From contig NC_088797.1 in the NCBI RefSeq assembly GCF_011386835.1, positions 40,858,001-40,922,000 of the forward strand: DNA of 64,000 nucleotides, written 5' to 3'. Origin of the DNA: Chrysemys picta bellii. Taxonomy: Eukaryota. A program made the position numbers and the translations under genes. The notes beneath the pieces are model-generated. The model saw only the letters and a program-made list of their open reading frames with translations. It was not told the origin of the DNA and made no database searches. Shown one piece after another: positions 13,731-24,349 of this stretch; the stretch's first letter is position 1; each line of letters begins with the position of its first letter.

Positions 13731-13918
13731 CACCTCTGCCTTGATATAACACGACCCGATATAACACGAATTCGGATATAACACGATAAAGCAGTGCTCC
13801 AGGGGGGTGGGGCTGCTCACTCCGGTGGATCAAAGCAAGTTCGATATAACGCGATTTCACCTATAACGCGGTAAGATTTTTTGGCTCCCGAGGACAGCGT
13901 TATATCGGGGTAGAGGTG
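13731..13918. mobile_element. Tigger-like MITE
   Basis: TIRs CACCTCTGCCTTGATATAAC / GTTATATCGGGGTAGAGGTG with TA on both sides; repeated GATATAAC motifs. Confidence 0.8.
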
Positions 13919-14559
13919 TACTAAGAATTTCTTCTTTCTATCTAGCCTAATTTGTCCCTTCCTCCCTGTTAGGCCACTGCACTTTGTCTAACCAGCCGCT
14001 GGGTCTAAGCATGTTGATTTACAGTATTTGTATTAGTTTACTCAAGGGATAGTAATAGTTCCAAAAGAAAAAAAGGCATTAGCGTATTACTGCTTGGGAT
14101 GAGTGAACAGATTGAAATGAGGTAATACCTGACCCAAACCTTTATTCCAAACACACACTAAGCCATTATGGTGGGGTACAAAGTATACCATTTTTAATGT
14201 CCACATGCCTTTTCACAACTGGTTCTCAACATAACTGGAAGTATCAAAATACTCAGCTGAGGGCTGCTGTCATACTCGTTTCCAAACTGGAATCAGGAAG
14301 TATCTTGCAAGATTTTCTGCCCCTGTTTTGCAGACTCAAGGGGTAGCTAGATAGTTTGGAGAGGTTCAAATGAGCATCTAAACGTCTGTACGCACAACTC
14401 TTTTAAATTAATCTGTCCCTGATTATTTCACCGGTTAGTACATCAGGCCCCTTTCAAGAGTCAGTGCTGCCTGCTACTGTCATTTAAAAGAATAGTCAAT
14501 GACAGAGTATGCTGTGAAAAAGTACTTAAAATAATCATTATTGGACTGGTTATTGGATC

Positions 14560-14710
14560 AGTGCAGCTGTGGTCTAATGGATCAAGCAATGAGCTAAGAG
14601 TCAGATGACCTAGTTTCTATGCATGGCTTTGCCACTGACTAACTCTATGACCTTGGACAAGTCACCTTGACTTCTCTGTGACTTGGTTCCCTCATCTGCA
14701 AAATGGATGA
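14560..14710 (+). mobile_element. MIR/CORE-type SINE remnant
   Basis: tRNA-like head followed by the CORE-like ACCTTGGACAAGTCAC...TTCCCTCATCTGCAAAATGG. Confidence 0.65.
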
Positions 14711-16044
14711 TTTATACAGGTAGATAAGTATGGTTAAGATCTACAGGTGAGTTGAGCTATGTAAAGCAAAGTATCAGCATTATTATTATTAATGGTCTAT
14801 AAGCATTGCAAAGGGATGTGCTGCGCACCTCAAAACATTCAGGAAAATAAATATCGGCTAATTTTGCCTATGTTTATTTATATAGTACCGAGACTGTGGT
14901 GAAGATCAAAATATAGCAGAGATTATTTTAGCTTGTAATTCCCAGTCGACTATTAAAAAAAAATCATATTACCTCTCTTCTATTTTTCCTTCCTTGTTCC
15001 AAGCGGTGTTGTGTGTAATGCACTGCAGGTGTATGGTAAATTACTACTGCCAGCATGCTGACTCAGCTGAGCTTGTGGGGCACAGCCAAGACTCCACCCC
15101 TTCCCATCCATGCTCTCACCACCCAACGGGAGGCAGGGGCTGTGGAAATAAGCAGGTTCACAAAGCCCCTCACTTCCTCATCCCTGCACTCAAATGCAGG
15201 CGTACAGCTTCCCTCATCATCTAGCTCTGCGTGAATTTCCCAGGATGACACTCTAGCATTTAACACAAAGGGATTTACAGTATTTTAAAAGCATGAGCTG
15301 GTTTTAGAGACATAGTAACGCTTTACCAGAGAGGCAAACTTTAGGAAACAGGCAACTCAATGCTCAGTAACATTCTGCTCTGTGCACAGCGTAATCTCAC
15401 TTTTCATCATGAACTGTGAAACAAAAAACCCTCCACTGATGCAACAAAGCTGGCAGGAAAAATAAACAGCTCCATGCAGAGGAGACAATAAAAAAGCACT
15501 AGAATGAAAATTAAGCAATTGGTATTTGTATTGCAGCACCTGGATTTCTTGGTGCCAAACAGAGTGGTGTGAATCCTGTATGAATTCACCTGAATTGGGG
15601 CCAATATTTCCTTTTGTGTTGAAGTGTAATGCAATGGTGAGTGTGTTACAGGTCCCCCTCTATGCCAATCCATGGAATATATGAGTTGTTACAGCCCACA
15701 GCCATGGCTCATGGTTTTAGCTCTGAGGGCTCCCAGCTCAATCCTTGGTATGTCAGCCAAGAGAGTGGCAGTCACATATACATTCTCCAATTTTTTATTT
15801 GAAATTCCAGGTTTAAATTGGCAGAGAAATATACAGGCAAAGCCCAGTCAATTCATCAGGGACTCGATTCTGCCAATTCTTATAGATTAAGCTGCTGCTC
15901 CTTGATCCCAAGGCTAGTTTTGCTTCATAACAGTGTGGCAATATGAGTTTCACATGGTTTCAATATAAAAATAAATAATTGATCAGATCAGTTTCCCTCT
16001 GAACTCAGGTTAGGTTCCTTGGAATGGCTCATGAACATTTAGAT

Positions 16045-16255
16045 CAGCGGTTCTCAAACTGGGGGCCGGGACCCCTCCGGGAGTTGTGAGATTATTACAT
16101 GGGGGCTGTCAGCCTCCACCTCAAACCCCGCTTTTCCTCCAGCATTTATAATAGTGTTAAATATATAAAAATGTGTTTTTAATGTATAAGGGGGGTCGCA
16201 CTCAGAGGCTTGCTATGTGAAAGGGGTCATCAGTACAAAAGTTTGAGAACCACTG
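16045..16255. mobile_element. hAT (Charlie-like) MITE
   Basis: TIRs CAGCGGTTCTCAAACT / AGTTTGAGAACCACTG; perfect 8-bp TSD ATTTAGAT at 16037-16044 and 16256-16263. Confidence 0.92.
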
Positions 16256-17115
16256 ATTTAGATGATCCCCTGCAAATTTCACATGGATTTTTGGTATCAG
16301 ATAGGCTACTTTCAGATACCCTAATTTACACAGAGTAGCATCTTCCTCCACAAATAGTTCCACGTACTTCAGTGGACTCACTGCTGATTAGCGAACCACT
16401 CAATAAGGGGATCTGAATTTGGCCCATAATGATCATTTCACTCAGCTTTAGTGGTAATCATCAGTGCATTTTTGCACTCATTGCTTAGTATATCATGGGC
16501 TCATAGTTTATAAGCCAGAAATACAGTTGGCAAGCCAGTCTGCTTCAATTATTTAAATAAGAGAATCCAGAATAATGAAACTACATTATCAGATAAATGG
16601 CCAGCAAATGAAATTAAGTATTCAAGATAACTAGCATTGAAACGTGCTCAATTGCAAGTATAAAAATCTGTCTTGCTCCTTCCAATTTGCTCTTTCAGAT
16701 CTGGATGCTCAGATCTGGATGAAGATTGACAATTGCTGCCATATTTGGTGATGGATGGGGCAGCCTGTTTTCACACACACACAAGGGCTGACTGTCAGTG
16801 ACCTAATGCTCCCCATATCCTGCTCCCCATTTGCCTTTCCTCCTCTCTCTCTTTTTCAGCCTTCCTTTACAATCAAAACACACCCATGTGCATGAATATT
16901 TATATCTATCTATCTTTCTATCTATCTTTATAGATAGATATATAAACTGGGTAAGAAAAGGATGGGGTGGGGAAGTAACAGCATTATGCATGCACCCCTG
17001 CTTCTATGTTCCCATTAGCAAAGAGGGCGGCAGCAAAGTATGCAACCGCAGAGAGGTTGTTGCACAATGCAGCAACCATAGTATGTATAGTTAAATACTT
17101 GTTTTGTTACTTGGT

Positions 17116-17543
17116 TAGAACTGGTTGGGAATTTTCTGATGAAACGTGTTTTTGTCAGAATATGCAGATTTGTCACAACTGAAACTCTTTGTGGGAAAGG
17201 GGCAGATTTAAAAATAGCTCTGATTTGAAAAATAGTTTTGAAATTGTCTAAAAGTCCCATTTTGACATTTTCAGAAACGAAGCCTTTTGTGTTCCAGTTT
17301 GAAATTACTTTTTATTTTGAAATTTTAATTTATCAAATAAAAAGTATAATTTTTAATTAATGCTATAAAGAGTTTAAACATTTTAAGGGTTGTAATCAAA
17401 ACAAAATATTCATTCCTAAATTCTCCAAATAAAATATATCTTTTATTATTATTATTGGTTCAAGGAAATTTTTTTTGAGATTTTAATTTTTCATCCAAAT
17501 TTGGGACAGGAAAAAATGTTAAACTATTTCCCACCCAGCTCTA
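17116..17543. mobile_element. AT-rich hAT-like MITE (TAGAGCTGG-type termini)
   Basis: Termini TAGAACTGGTTGGGA / TCCCACCCAGCTCTA resemble those of 40233-40630. No TSD recognised. Confidence 0.45.
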
Positions 17544-19081
17544 GAGAGGTGAATGATATAACCCTTTATCCTTCACAAGTAAGGCTCTGATTTTCTGCAC
17601 ACCATGAACCATTTATCTAGCACAGTAATCTTTTCATTTATTTCTGTGGCATTTCCTGAAGCATTAACAAAAAAACTATCAGCAAATTCTTAAGTACCTA
17701 TTCATCTCCTGTGTTTCTCTTTTGTTCTTTAACACCTATATGCCGGCTGACAGGCTGCATCCCCTATTCTTACTCCCCTTGTTCTCAATGTGCTCAAGAG
17801 TTTCCAACTTTTTTAACTTCCTCACCTCACCTGACATTACTTTGTATCCACTCTGACTGGTTTTGGAAGTAAGTTTCATTTTATCTACAGCTTTTCCCTT
17901 GATAAATCCAGGTCCAAAAGAGTTTCTATTTTCAGAGAAACTGAAAAACTGGACTCTTGACAGTGACAGCAATTCTTTATATCTCCCTGACAGTGCTTGT
18001 TTATCTATGCACATTTGGTGCATAGATATCTCTCTTTTTTTTTCAGGTGCAACCATTTTGAAAAATCTCTCACTATCACTGCAATATAATGACCCAATTC
18101 AGGTTTCATGTCTCCCTCTAGTGGCTGGTCCCATTGACTACACAGACTATTACTACCTCCAACTTTTGAAGCTTCTTGTTAGCTCAAATAATAGATGCCT
18201 GTGGTTTTGTTGCTGCAGCTTCAGGATTCAGTCCCTGCTTTCAACTGTGGGACCTACACTTTGTGTGAATGAGGCCACGGTTCATTATATTATGTTTTGC
18301 ATGAAGAAGAATCAGATTTGTACATTGGAAGAAAAATCAATGTCAGTCATTCATGCAAATGTATACAACGGTAATAATAAGTTAGCTTTATAGAGTGCCT
18401 TTATCCCATAAACTCTCAAATACACTTAAAAATTCTTTACAGTTGGATGTACTAATTAATACCATATACCAATTCTAAACTGTAATAAACATGTACATTA
18501 AAACACAAGGGTATTTAATTTGCAAAAGAATTCTACTTCAGCACTAACTGGGTATTAGAGGGACCATAAATCGGCTCACAGGCCTGCTGTGGGGGCTTCT
18601 TCCTTAGGGCAGCTGGGAACAATCTGCCCCAGGTCTATTTGTTCTATGGCCTGTCCTTTGAGCATGAAAGTTCTGTAGCACTCACATCACAGTTTATTCT
18701 ATTGTGTAAATTAAAGCACAACTAATTTGTAATACTAGGGATAAAACACAGGAGAATGAATGGTTTTGCATTACCCAGATTATGCACAAATGTAGTGTAG
18801 GACAAACCGCACCGCAAACTTCATAACAGACTGGTCAGTTCTTATCTCATAGTAAAAGTCTGACATCAATGGAGTGGCATATGTATAACTGAGAGGAGAA
18901 TTTGGTTCAATAACGTCAATTCTTTCGTAATTTGGGTTTTTTAAAGAGCAGTTCCATGTAAAGTAATATTGAGCAGCCTATACATTTGCATCAGCATTTT
19001 TTTTCTACACACAAATTGGAGGGGTGGGGGGGAAGAGATTTAGTTTCCAGGTTAACATGAAGCAATGTTGATTTGCAGGGG

Positions 19082-19222
19082 TGTTGAAGCTGGGATGGTC
19101 CCAGAATGTTAGAGAGACAGGGTGGGTAAGGTAATAGCTTTTATTGGAAGCTCGAAAGCTTGTCTCTTTCACCAACAGAAGTTACTCCAATAAAAGATAT
19201 TACTTCACTCACCTTGTCTCTC
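19082..19222. mobile_element. Penelope-like pLTR fragment in inverted arrangement
   Basis: Imperfect 37-bp inverted arms at 19112-19148 and 19186-19222. The spacer begins GCTCGAAAGCTTGTCT (3' half hammerhead). Same family as 5675-5835. Confidence 0.7.
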
Positions 19223-19420
19223 ACGAACAAGTATTGTTTGTTTGGACAAATATAAGCATTTTCATGGGCAAATTTGGAGATACATATTTAGGAATTTAGC
19301 AAAGGCCCCTTGTGACGGGACAGCCCCGCCCCGCACTGGTCCCAGCGATATCAGACCAGTAGCTCTGACAGAGGAAGTCCCGCCCCGTTCGTACTGGGCA
19401 GGCTCCAGATGCTCACTGAG

Positions 19421-19427
19421 TATAAAA
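19421..19427 (+). promoter_or_regulatory. Putative LTR TATA box
   Basis: TATAAAA in the GC-rich LTR, conserved at 24455-24461 in the 3' LTR. Confidence 0.6.
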
Positions 19428-19773
19428 GGAGGGACCTCAGCTCAGTGGGGGCTGGTGGCCGCAGGGGAAGGACTTAACTGGGAAGCTCCTGCAGAGGACC
19501 AGCTGACACTCTTGAAGCTGCCAGGAACAGAGGCTTCTACAGGCCGGCACGAACCCCTACGGCGGGAGGAACCAGAGGAGGCGACGGATCCGGAGACTCA
19601 CAGAGAACCCTAAAAATCATACCAAACGGAGAACCCTGGGATCCGTGGGAGACCCCAACTCCCAAGCCGTAGGGAGCGACCCGGGGGAGGTGATGGACTG
19701 GTACCTTGACCCCGGTAAGCCTCAGCATGTTTCGGTAGGACCACCTCGCTGAGCCAGTAGTAAGGTCCTACGG

Positions 19774-19974
19774 CCCTGCAACTAGGGGCAGTTATATGGA
19801 CTTTGGCCATTAGGCCGTGCTGCCCTGCAACCAGGGTCGCTTATATGGACTTGGGCCATTAGGCTGTGCTGCCCTGCAACCAGGGGCGCTTACATGGACT
19901 TTGGCCCTTAGGCCGTGCTGCCCTGCAACTAGGGACGGTTATATGGACTCTGGCCACTAGGCCGTGCTGCCCTG
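19774..19974 (+). repeat. 49-bp tandem array in 5' LTR (4 units)
   Basis: CCCTG anchors at 19774, 19823, 19872, 19921 and 19970. Confidence 0.93.
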
Positions 19975-20000
19975 TAAGGAGGGGCGTAAACCCTCACACG

Positions 20001-20025
20001 TGGTGGAGAACGTGGGCAACGATCC
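20001..20025 (+). promoter_or_regulatory. Primer binding site, tRNA-Ala-like
   Basis: TGGTGGAGAACGTGGGCAACGATCC lies 2 nt after the LTR. It matches the complement of a vertebrate tRNA-Ala 3' end as I recall it (GGATCGATGCCCACATTCTCCACCA), with 2 mismatches. Confidence 0.75.
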
Positions 20026-20086
20026 GGGCCTGCTGAAAGGTCCGTGAGAACAGGGTTTAACCGTGGGAACCCCATTAAACCCCAAG

Positions 20087-21130
20087 ATGGAGACAGAGAA
20101 TCTCCTAAATTGGATGCTGGACCGGCAGCAAGAGCAGTCGGCCCAACAGCAGCAGCAACAGGTGCAGATGATGCAGCAGATGGCCAGCCTGCAGCAGCTC
20201 GTCCAGGACTTGGCGATCCAACAGCAGGCGCAACAAGAACGCCTGGTGCAGCAGATGGCCACATTACTACCCCCGGCAGGAGTCACAGCCCCCATACCTG
20301 CCGGGGCCGGACCCAGGGAGAATGTAGGGGAGTTGCCGGTACGTCTCACTAAGATGGGGCCAGAGGATGACCCGGAGGCATTCCTGGTGACCTTCGAACG
20401 GGTGGCGACCGCCGCCAGGTGGCCCCCCGAGCACTGGGCCATTTTATTAACTCCCTATTTGACGGGACAGGCCCAGGCCGCCTACCGTAGCCTCTGCCCT
20501 CAGGAGGCCCTAGAATACACCCGGGTGAAGGCGGCCATATTGGACCACACCGGCATTAGTCCGGAGACCTATCGCCAACACCTCCGCAAAGAACAGTACC
20601 CTCCTGGGACCCGGCCCCGGGCTGTGTGGCCCAACGGATACGGGACCATTGTTGGAGGTGACTGAACCCCAGAGGCTTAACCGCCCCCAGGTAGCAGAGA
20701 TGGTGGCGCTGGAGCAGTTTACTCAGACCCTGCCCCCGGGAGGAAGGGCCTGGGTACGCCGACACCGACTGGCAACCCTCTCAGCGGCAGTGACCTTGAT
20801 GGAAGACTACTTGTCCGCTGAGGGGACCGAAGCGACACCACGGACAGCAGGAAGCTATGAACAAAGGGGCGGACTGGGCAAAGGGAATCCCCAGAGAGCA
20901 GGGGCCACCATCCGGCGCCCGTTCTGTGACCCTGAAGCTCCCCAGTCCAGAGCCCAGACACCGGGCAGCCCAGGTAACGACCCACAGGGACCCGCTCCCA
21001 CGAGAGAGAGGGAGCCCACCTGGTGGAGGCCCGGGACCCACCGCGGCCCGAGAGGGGTGCTGGGAAGGCGGACAAGAGGGGCACTTTTGGCAGGATTGCC
21101 CATTTATGAACTGCAATTATGGACAAGCCT
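20087..21130 (+). pseudogene. gag: gag: Q-rich N-terminus, capsid-like/SCAN-like region, degenerate zinc knuckle; frameshifted
   Basis: LTKMGPEDDPEAFLVTFERVA..WP; SCAN-like ETYRQ..QVAEMVALEQFTQTLP..WVRRH..AVTLMEDY (~20562-20822); CWEGGQEGHFWQDC at 21058-21099. Spread over three reading frames. Confidence 0.88.
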
Positions 21131-21174
21131 GGGTCGCCGGAAGAAGGGCCCCTAAGAGAGGACTGGGAAAGCTC

Positions 21175-21440
21175 GTGGTCCCTGTCCGGGTCGAGGGGAT
21201 CCTCACCAATGCCTTTGTGGACTCGGGGTGCAGCCAGACCCTCATACATGAGGGGCTGGTCCCCAACCTCAAACTCTCTGACACACAGATACATCTACAG
21301 TGTGTACATGGGGACATCCACCCTTACCCCTCGGCCTGGGTGAAGATAGAAGTCTGCCACCAGGAGGGGGGCCTTCGCATGGGCGTGGCCCCCAGATTGG
21401 CCTACCCAGTAGTCTTGGGACGAGACTGGCTGGGCTTCGG
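21175..21440 (+). pseudogene. pol: Aspartic protease domain
   Basis: VPVRVEGILTNAFVDSGCSQTLI (DSG at 21220) and a C-terminal VVLGRDW motif. Confidence 0.9.
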
Positions 21441-21649
21441 GGAGATTCTCCGGAGGCACCAACCGCCCGACCCACGAACCGATGGGTAGAGGCCCCCACG
21501 AGTGGGGCTTCTTGGACGCACGCCACGGGATGACCCCGGAGAAGGGACATCGGCTCCAGGAGAGCCCCCCACGACCAACCCTCCTGTAAGGGCCCGGTCA
21601 GTCGAGGATGCTCAAATGGAACTGGAACGGGATGTGGACTTTTGCAAGA

Positions 21650-22850
21650 ACACAGAGAGGACCCGACCCTAAGTAGGGCCTGGGAACAGGCCACCAGCCT
21701 CGGTCCCGATGAAGGCTCGACCCCTGGGCCCCTACAGGGTCCACGCTTTGAGATATGGCAAGATCGCCTGTACCGGGTAGTACAGGAACCGCAGGCCCAG
21801 GAGACATTCCGTCAGCTATTGGTCCCTGGAAGGCTGCGACAAAGCCTCCTCCGTCTAGCCCACGCTAACCCCTGGGCTGGGCACCTGGGGCGGGAGAAGA
21901 CTCTCCAGAGGATAGCTCGTCGGTTCTTCTGGCCTGGCATACACCGGGAGGTGCGAGACTACTGCGCATCTTGCCCAGAATGCCAACTGGTGTGGCCCGG
22001 GTACCCCTGATCCCTATGCCAGTCGTCGGCATACCCTTTGAAAGGACTGGGATGGATCTGGTTGGAACCCTGGACAGAAGTAAGACAGGAAATCACTTCA
22101 TCCTAGTGGTAGTGGATTATGCGACGCGTTACCCTGAAGCCGTACCCCTGAGGATTGCTACCGAACTAGTGAAGATTTTTGCTAGAGTTGGGATACCGGC
22201 GGAAATCCTGATAGATCAGGGCACGAACGTGTCCTCTAAACTGATAGCAGAATTGTGCCGCCTCCTCCATATACGAACCCTCCGGACGTCTGTCTATCAT
22301 CCCCAGACAGACGGCCTGGTGGAACGTTTCAACGGTACACTCAAATCCACGTTAAGGAAGTTCGTGGAGGAGGCTCCTATGCATTGGGACACCCTGTTAC
22401 CAGCCCTGCTGTTCGCCATCAGGGAGGTACCGCAGGCATCGATGGGATTTTCACCCTTTGAACTCATGTATGGCAGGCAGCCCCGAGGGATCCTGGACCT
22501 CCTGAAGGAGGAATGGGAAGCCCAGGAGACCCGAGTCCTCGGGACCACCCAATACATGTTGCAACTCCGAGAACAGCTACGAACGCTAGGTGCGTTCGCC
22601 CGGGAGAACCTGATACAGGCACAAGAGAACCAAGAACGCCTCTACAACCGAGTAACTAGGGGACGGAGTTTTGGTCTCGGGGATCGGGTGTTGCTTTTGT
22701 TGCCATCAGCCGAATCAAAATTGCTAGCCAAATGGCAGGGACCCTACGAGGTTATCCAGAGGATTGGACCAGTAGACTATGAGGTCCGGCTACCGGGGCG
22801 ATGGAGGGAGACGTGCATATACCACATAAATATTCTGAAGGCCTGGAAGA
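21650..22850 (+). pseudogene. pol: Integrase (HHCC zinc finger, DDE core, GPY/F), frameshifted
   Basis: HANPWAGHLG..CASCPEC; MDLVG; VDYATRYPEA; IDQGTN; YHPQTDGLVERFNGTLK; KWQGPYEV. Confidence 0.95.
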
Positions 22851-23049
22851 CCAGGGAAGCCCTGCTCATCGGCCCATCCACCACGGAATCAGAACTTGGA
22901 CCCCTAGTAGGGGACCCCCTGGACCCGAGGCCAGTGTCATTGGGATGGGCCTCACCCCTATACAGAGAAAGCAAATACAGCAATTGACAGGGGAGTTCCC
23001 GAACATTTTATCCGCCCACCCTGGGTGAACTGCTCTGACGAGCCATCAT

Positions 23050-23800
23050 ATAACAACCACTCCAGGTCAGAAGGTCAGAGACCACCACTAGCCGTTAGCC
23101 CGGAAGATGTGGGACACCGTCCGAAAGGAGCTGGAGACAATGCTGGAAATGGGGGTTGTGGAGGAATCAAAGAGTGAGTGGCGCAACCCCATCGTCTTAG
23201 TCCCAAAGCCTGATGGGACTACCCATTTTTGTATTGACTTCCGAAAAGTCAATGCTATCTCCCGCTTCGACGCATATCCGATGCCGTGGGTGGATGAATT
23301 GTTGGAGCAGCTCGGGGGAGCGAGGTACTTATCAACCTTAGACCTAACCAAGGGATACTGGCAGATCCCCCTCACCCCAAACTCCCGGGAGAAGACTGCC
23401 TTCTCAACCCCGTTCAGCCTCTTCCAATTTATAACGATGCCATTCGGGCTACACGGAGCCGCAGCTACATTCCAACGGTTGATGAATAAGGTCTTACAGC
23501 CCCACGACCAGTATGTGGCGGCGTATATAGAAGACATCGTAGTCTATAGCGTCAACTGGGAGGACCACCTACGCCATCTAGCTGGGATGTTGCAGGGCCT
23601 TCGATCAGCCGGCCTTACAGCCAACCCGGCGAAGTGTCACCTCGGGAAGGAGGAGGTAGGGGGTGGGAAACTGAGGCCTCTAATCAGCAAAGTGCAAGCC
23701 CTCAGAGACGTACCCGTCCCCAAGACGAAGAAGCAAGTGCGCCAGTTTTTGGGCCTAGCTGGATATTACCGTCGCTTCGTGCCAGACTTTGCATCCATAG
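23050..23800 (+). pseudogene. pol: Reverse transcriptase, Ty3/Gypsy type, disabled
   Basis: SEWRNPIVLVPKPDG, CIDFRKVN, LDLTKGYWQIPL, MPFGL, YIED (YxDD altered). An upstream in-frame TAG lies at ~23088. Confidence 0.95.
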
Positions 23801-23859
23801 CCGCCCCCATCGCACCTTACAAAGAACTCACAGCCTCGACAAGTGCAGTGGTTGGAAGA

Positions 23860-24300
23860 GTGTAATAAAGCTTTCGAAGCTCTGAAAGAACGACTCACTC
23901 ATGAACCGGTCCTGCGACACCCAGATTTTTCAAAAGAATTTATACTTCAGACAGATGCCTCGGAAGTAGGCCTGGGGGCCGTACTCTCCCAGGAGTTCAA
24001 CGGGGAAGAACACCCGATACCATATTTAAGCCGTAAACTGTTCCCCCGGGAACAACGGTACTCCACAATAGAGAAAGAGGCCCTGGCAGTGAGATGGGCC
24101 ATAAACGCCCTATGTTATTATCTGTTGGGGAATAACTTCAGGCTGATCACAGACCACGCCCCCTTACGATGGATAAATAATATGAAGGACGCAAACCCCC
24201 AGATACTACGTTGGTACCTCTCGCTGCAACCCTATGACTTCCGCATATTTCATCGCCCGGGTAAGGCACACGCTAACGCGGACTTCTTTTCCAGACAGTG
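23860..24300 (+). pseudogene. pol: RT connection and RNase H
   Basis: FILQTDASEVGLGAVLSQ, YSTIEKEALA, TDHAPL, HANADFFSR. Confidence 0.95.
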
Positions 24301-24336
24301 GGAGGAGGGGGCAGACCAATCAGAGGGGTCCCTCTT

Positions 24337-24349
24337 AAGGGAGAGGGTG
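24337..24349 (+). promoter_or_regulatory. Polypurine tract
   Basis: AAGGGAGAGGGTG immediately precedes the 3' LTR start TGTGA. Confidence 0.8.

Larger units (their letters stand above)
19311..19998 (+). repeat. 5' LTR (688 bp)
   Basis: Starts TGTGAC and ends CCCTCACA; homologous to 24350-25203; immediately followed by the PBS. Confidence 0.95.

Noticed and set aside
19242-19613. 123-aa ORF
   Set aside because: It runs from flank into the 5' LTR; a chance fusion frame.
19929-21694. Long minus-strand ORFs inside the provirus
   Set aside because: Antisense shadows of GC-rich gag/pol codons with no motifs.
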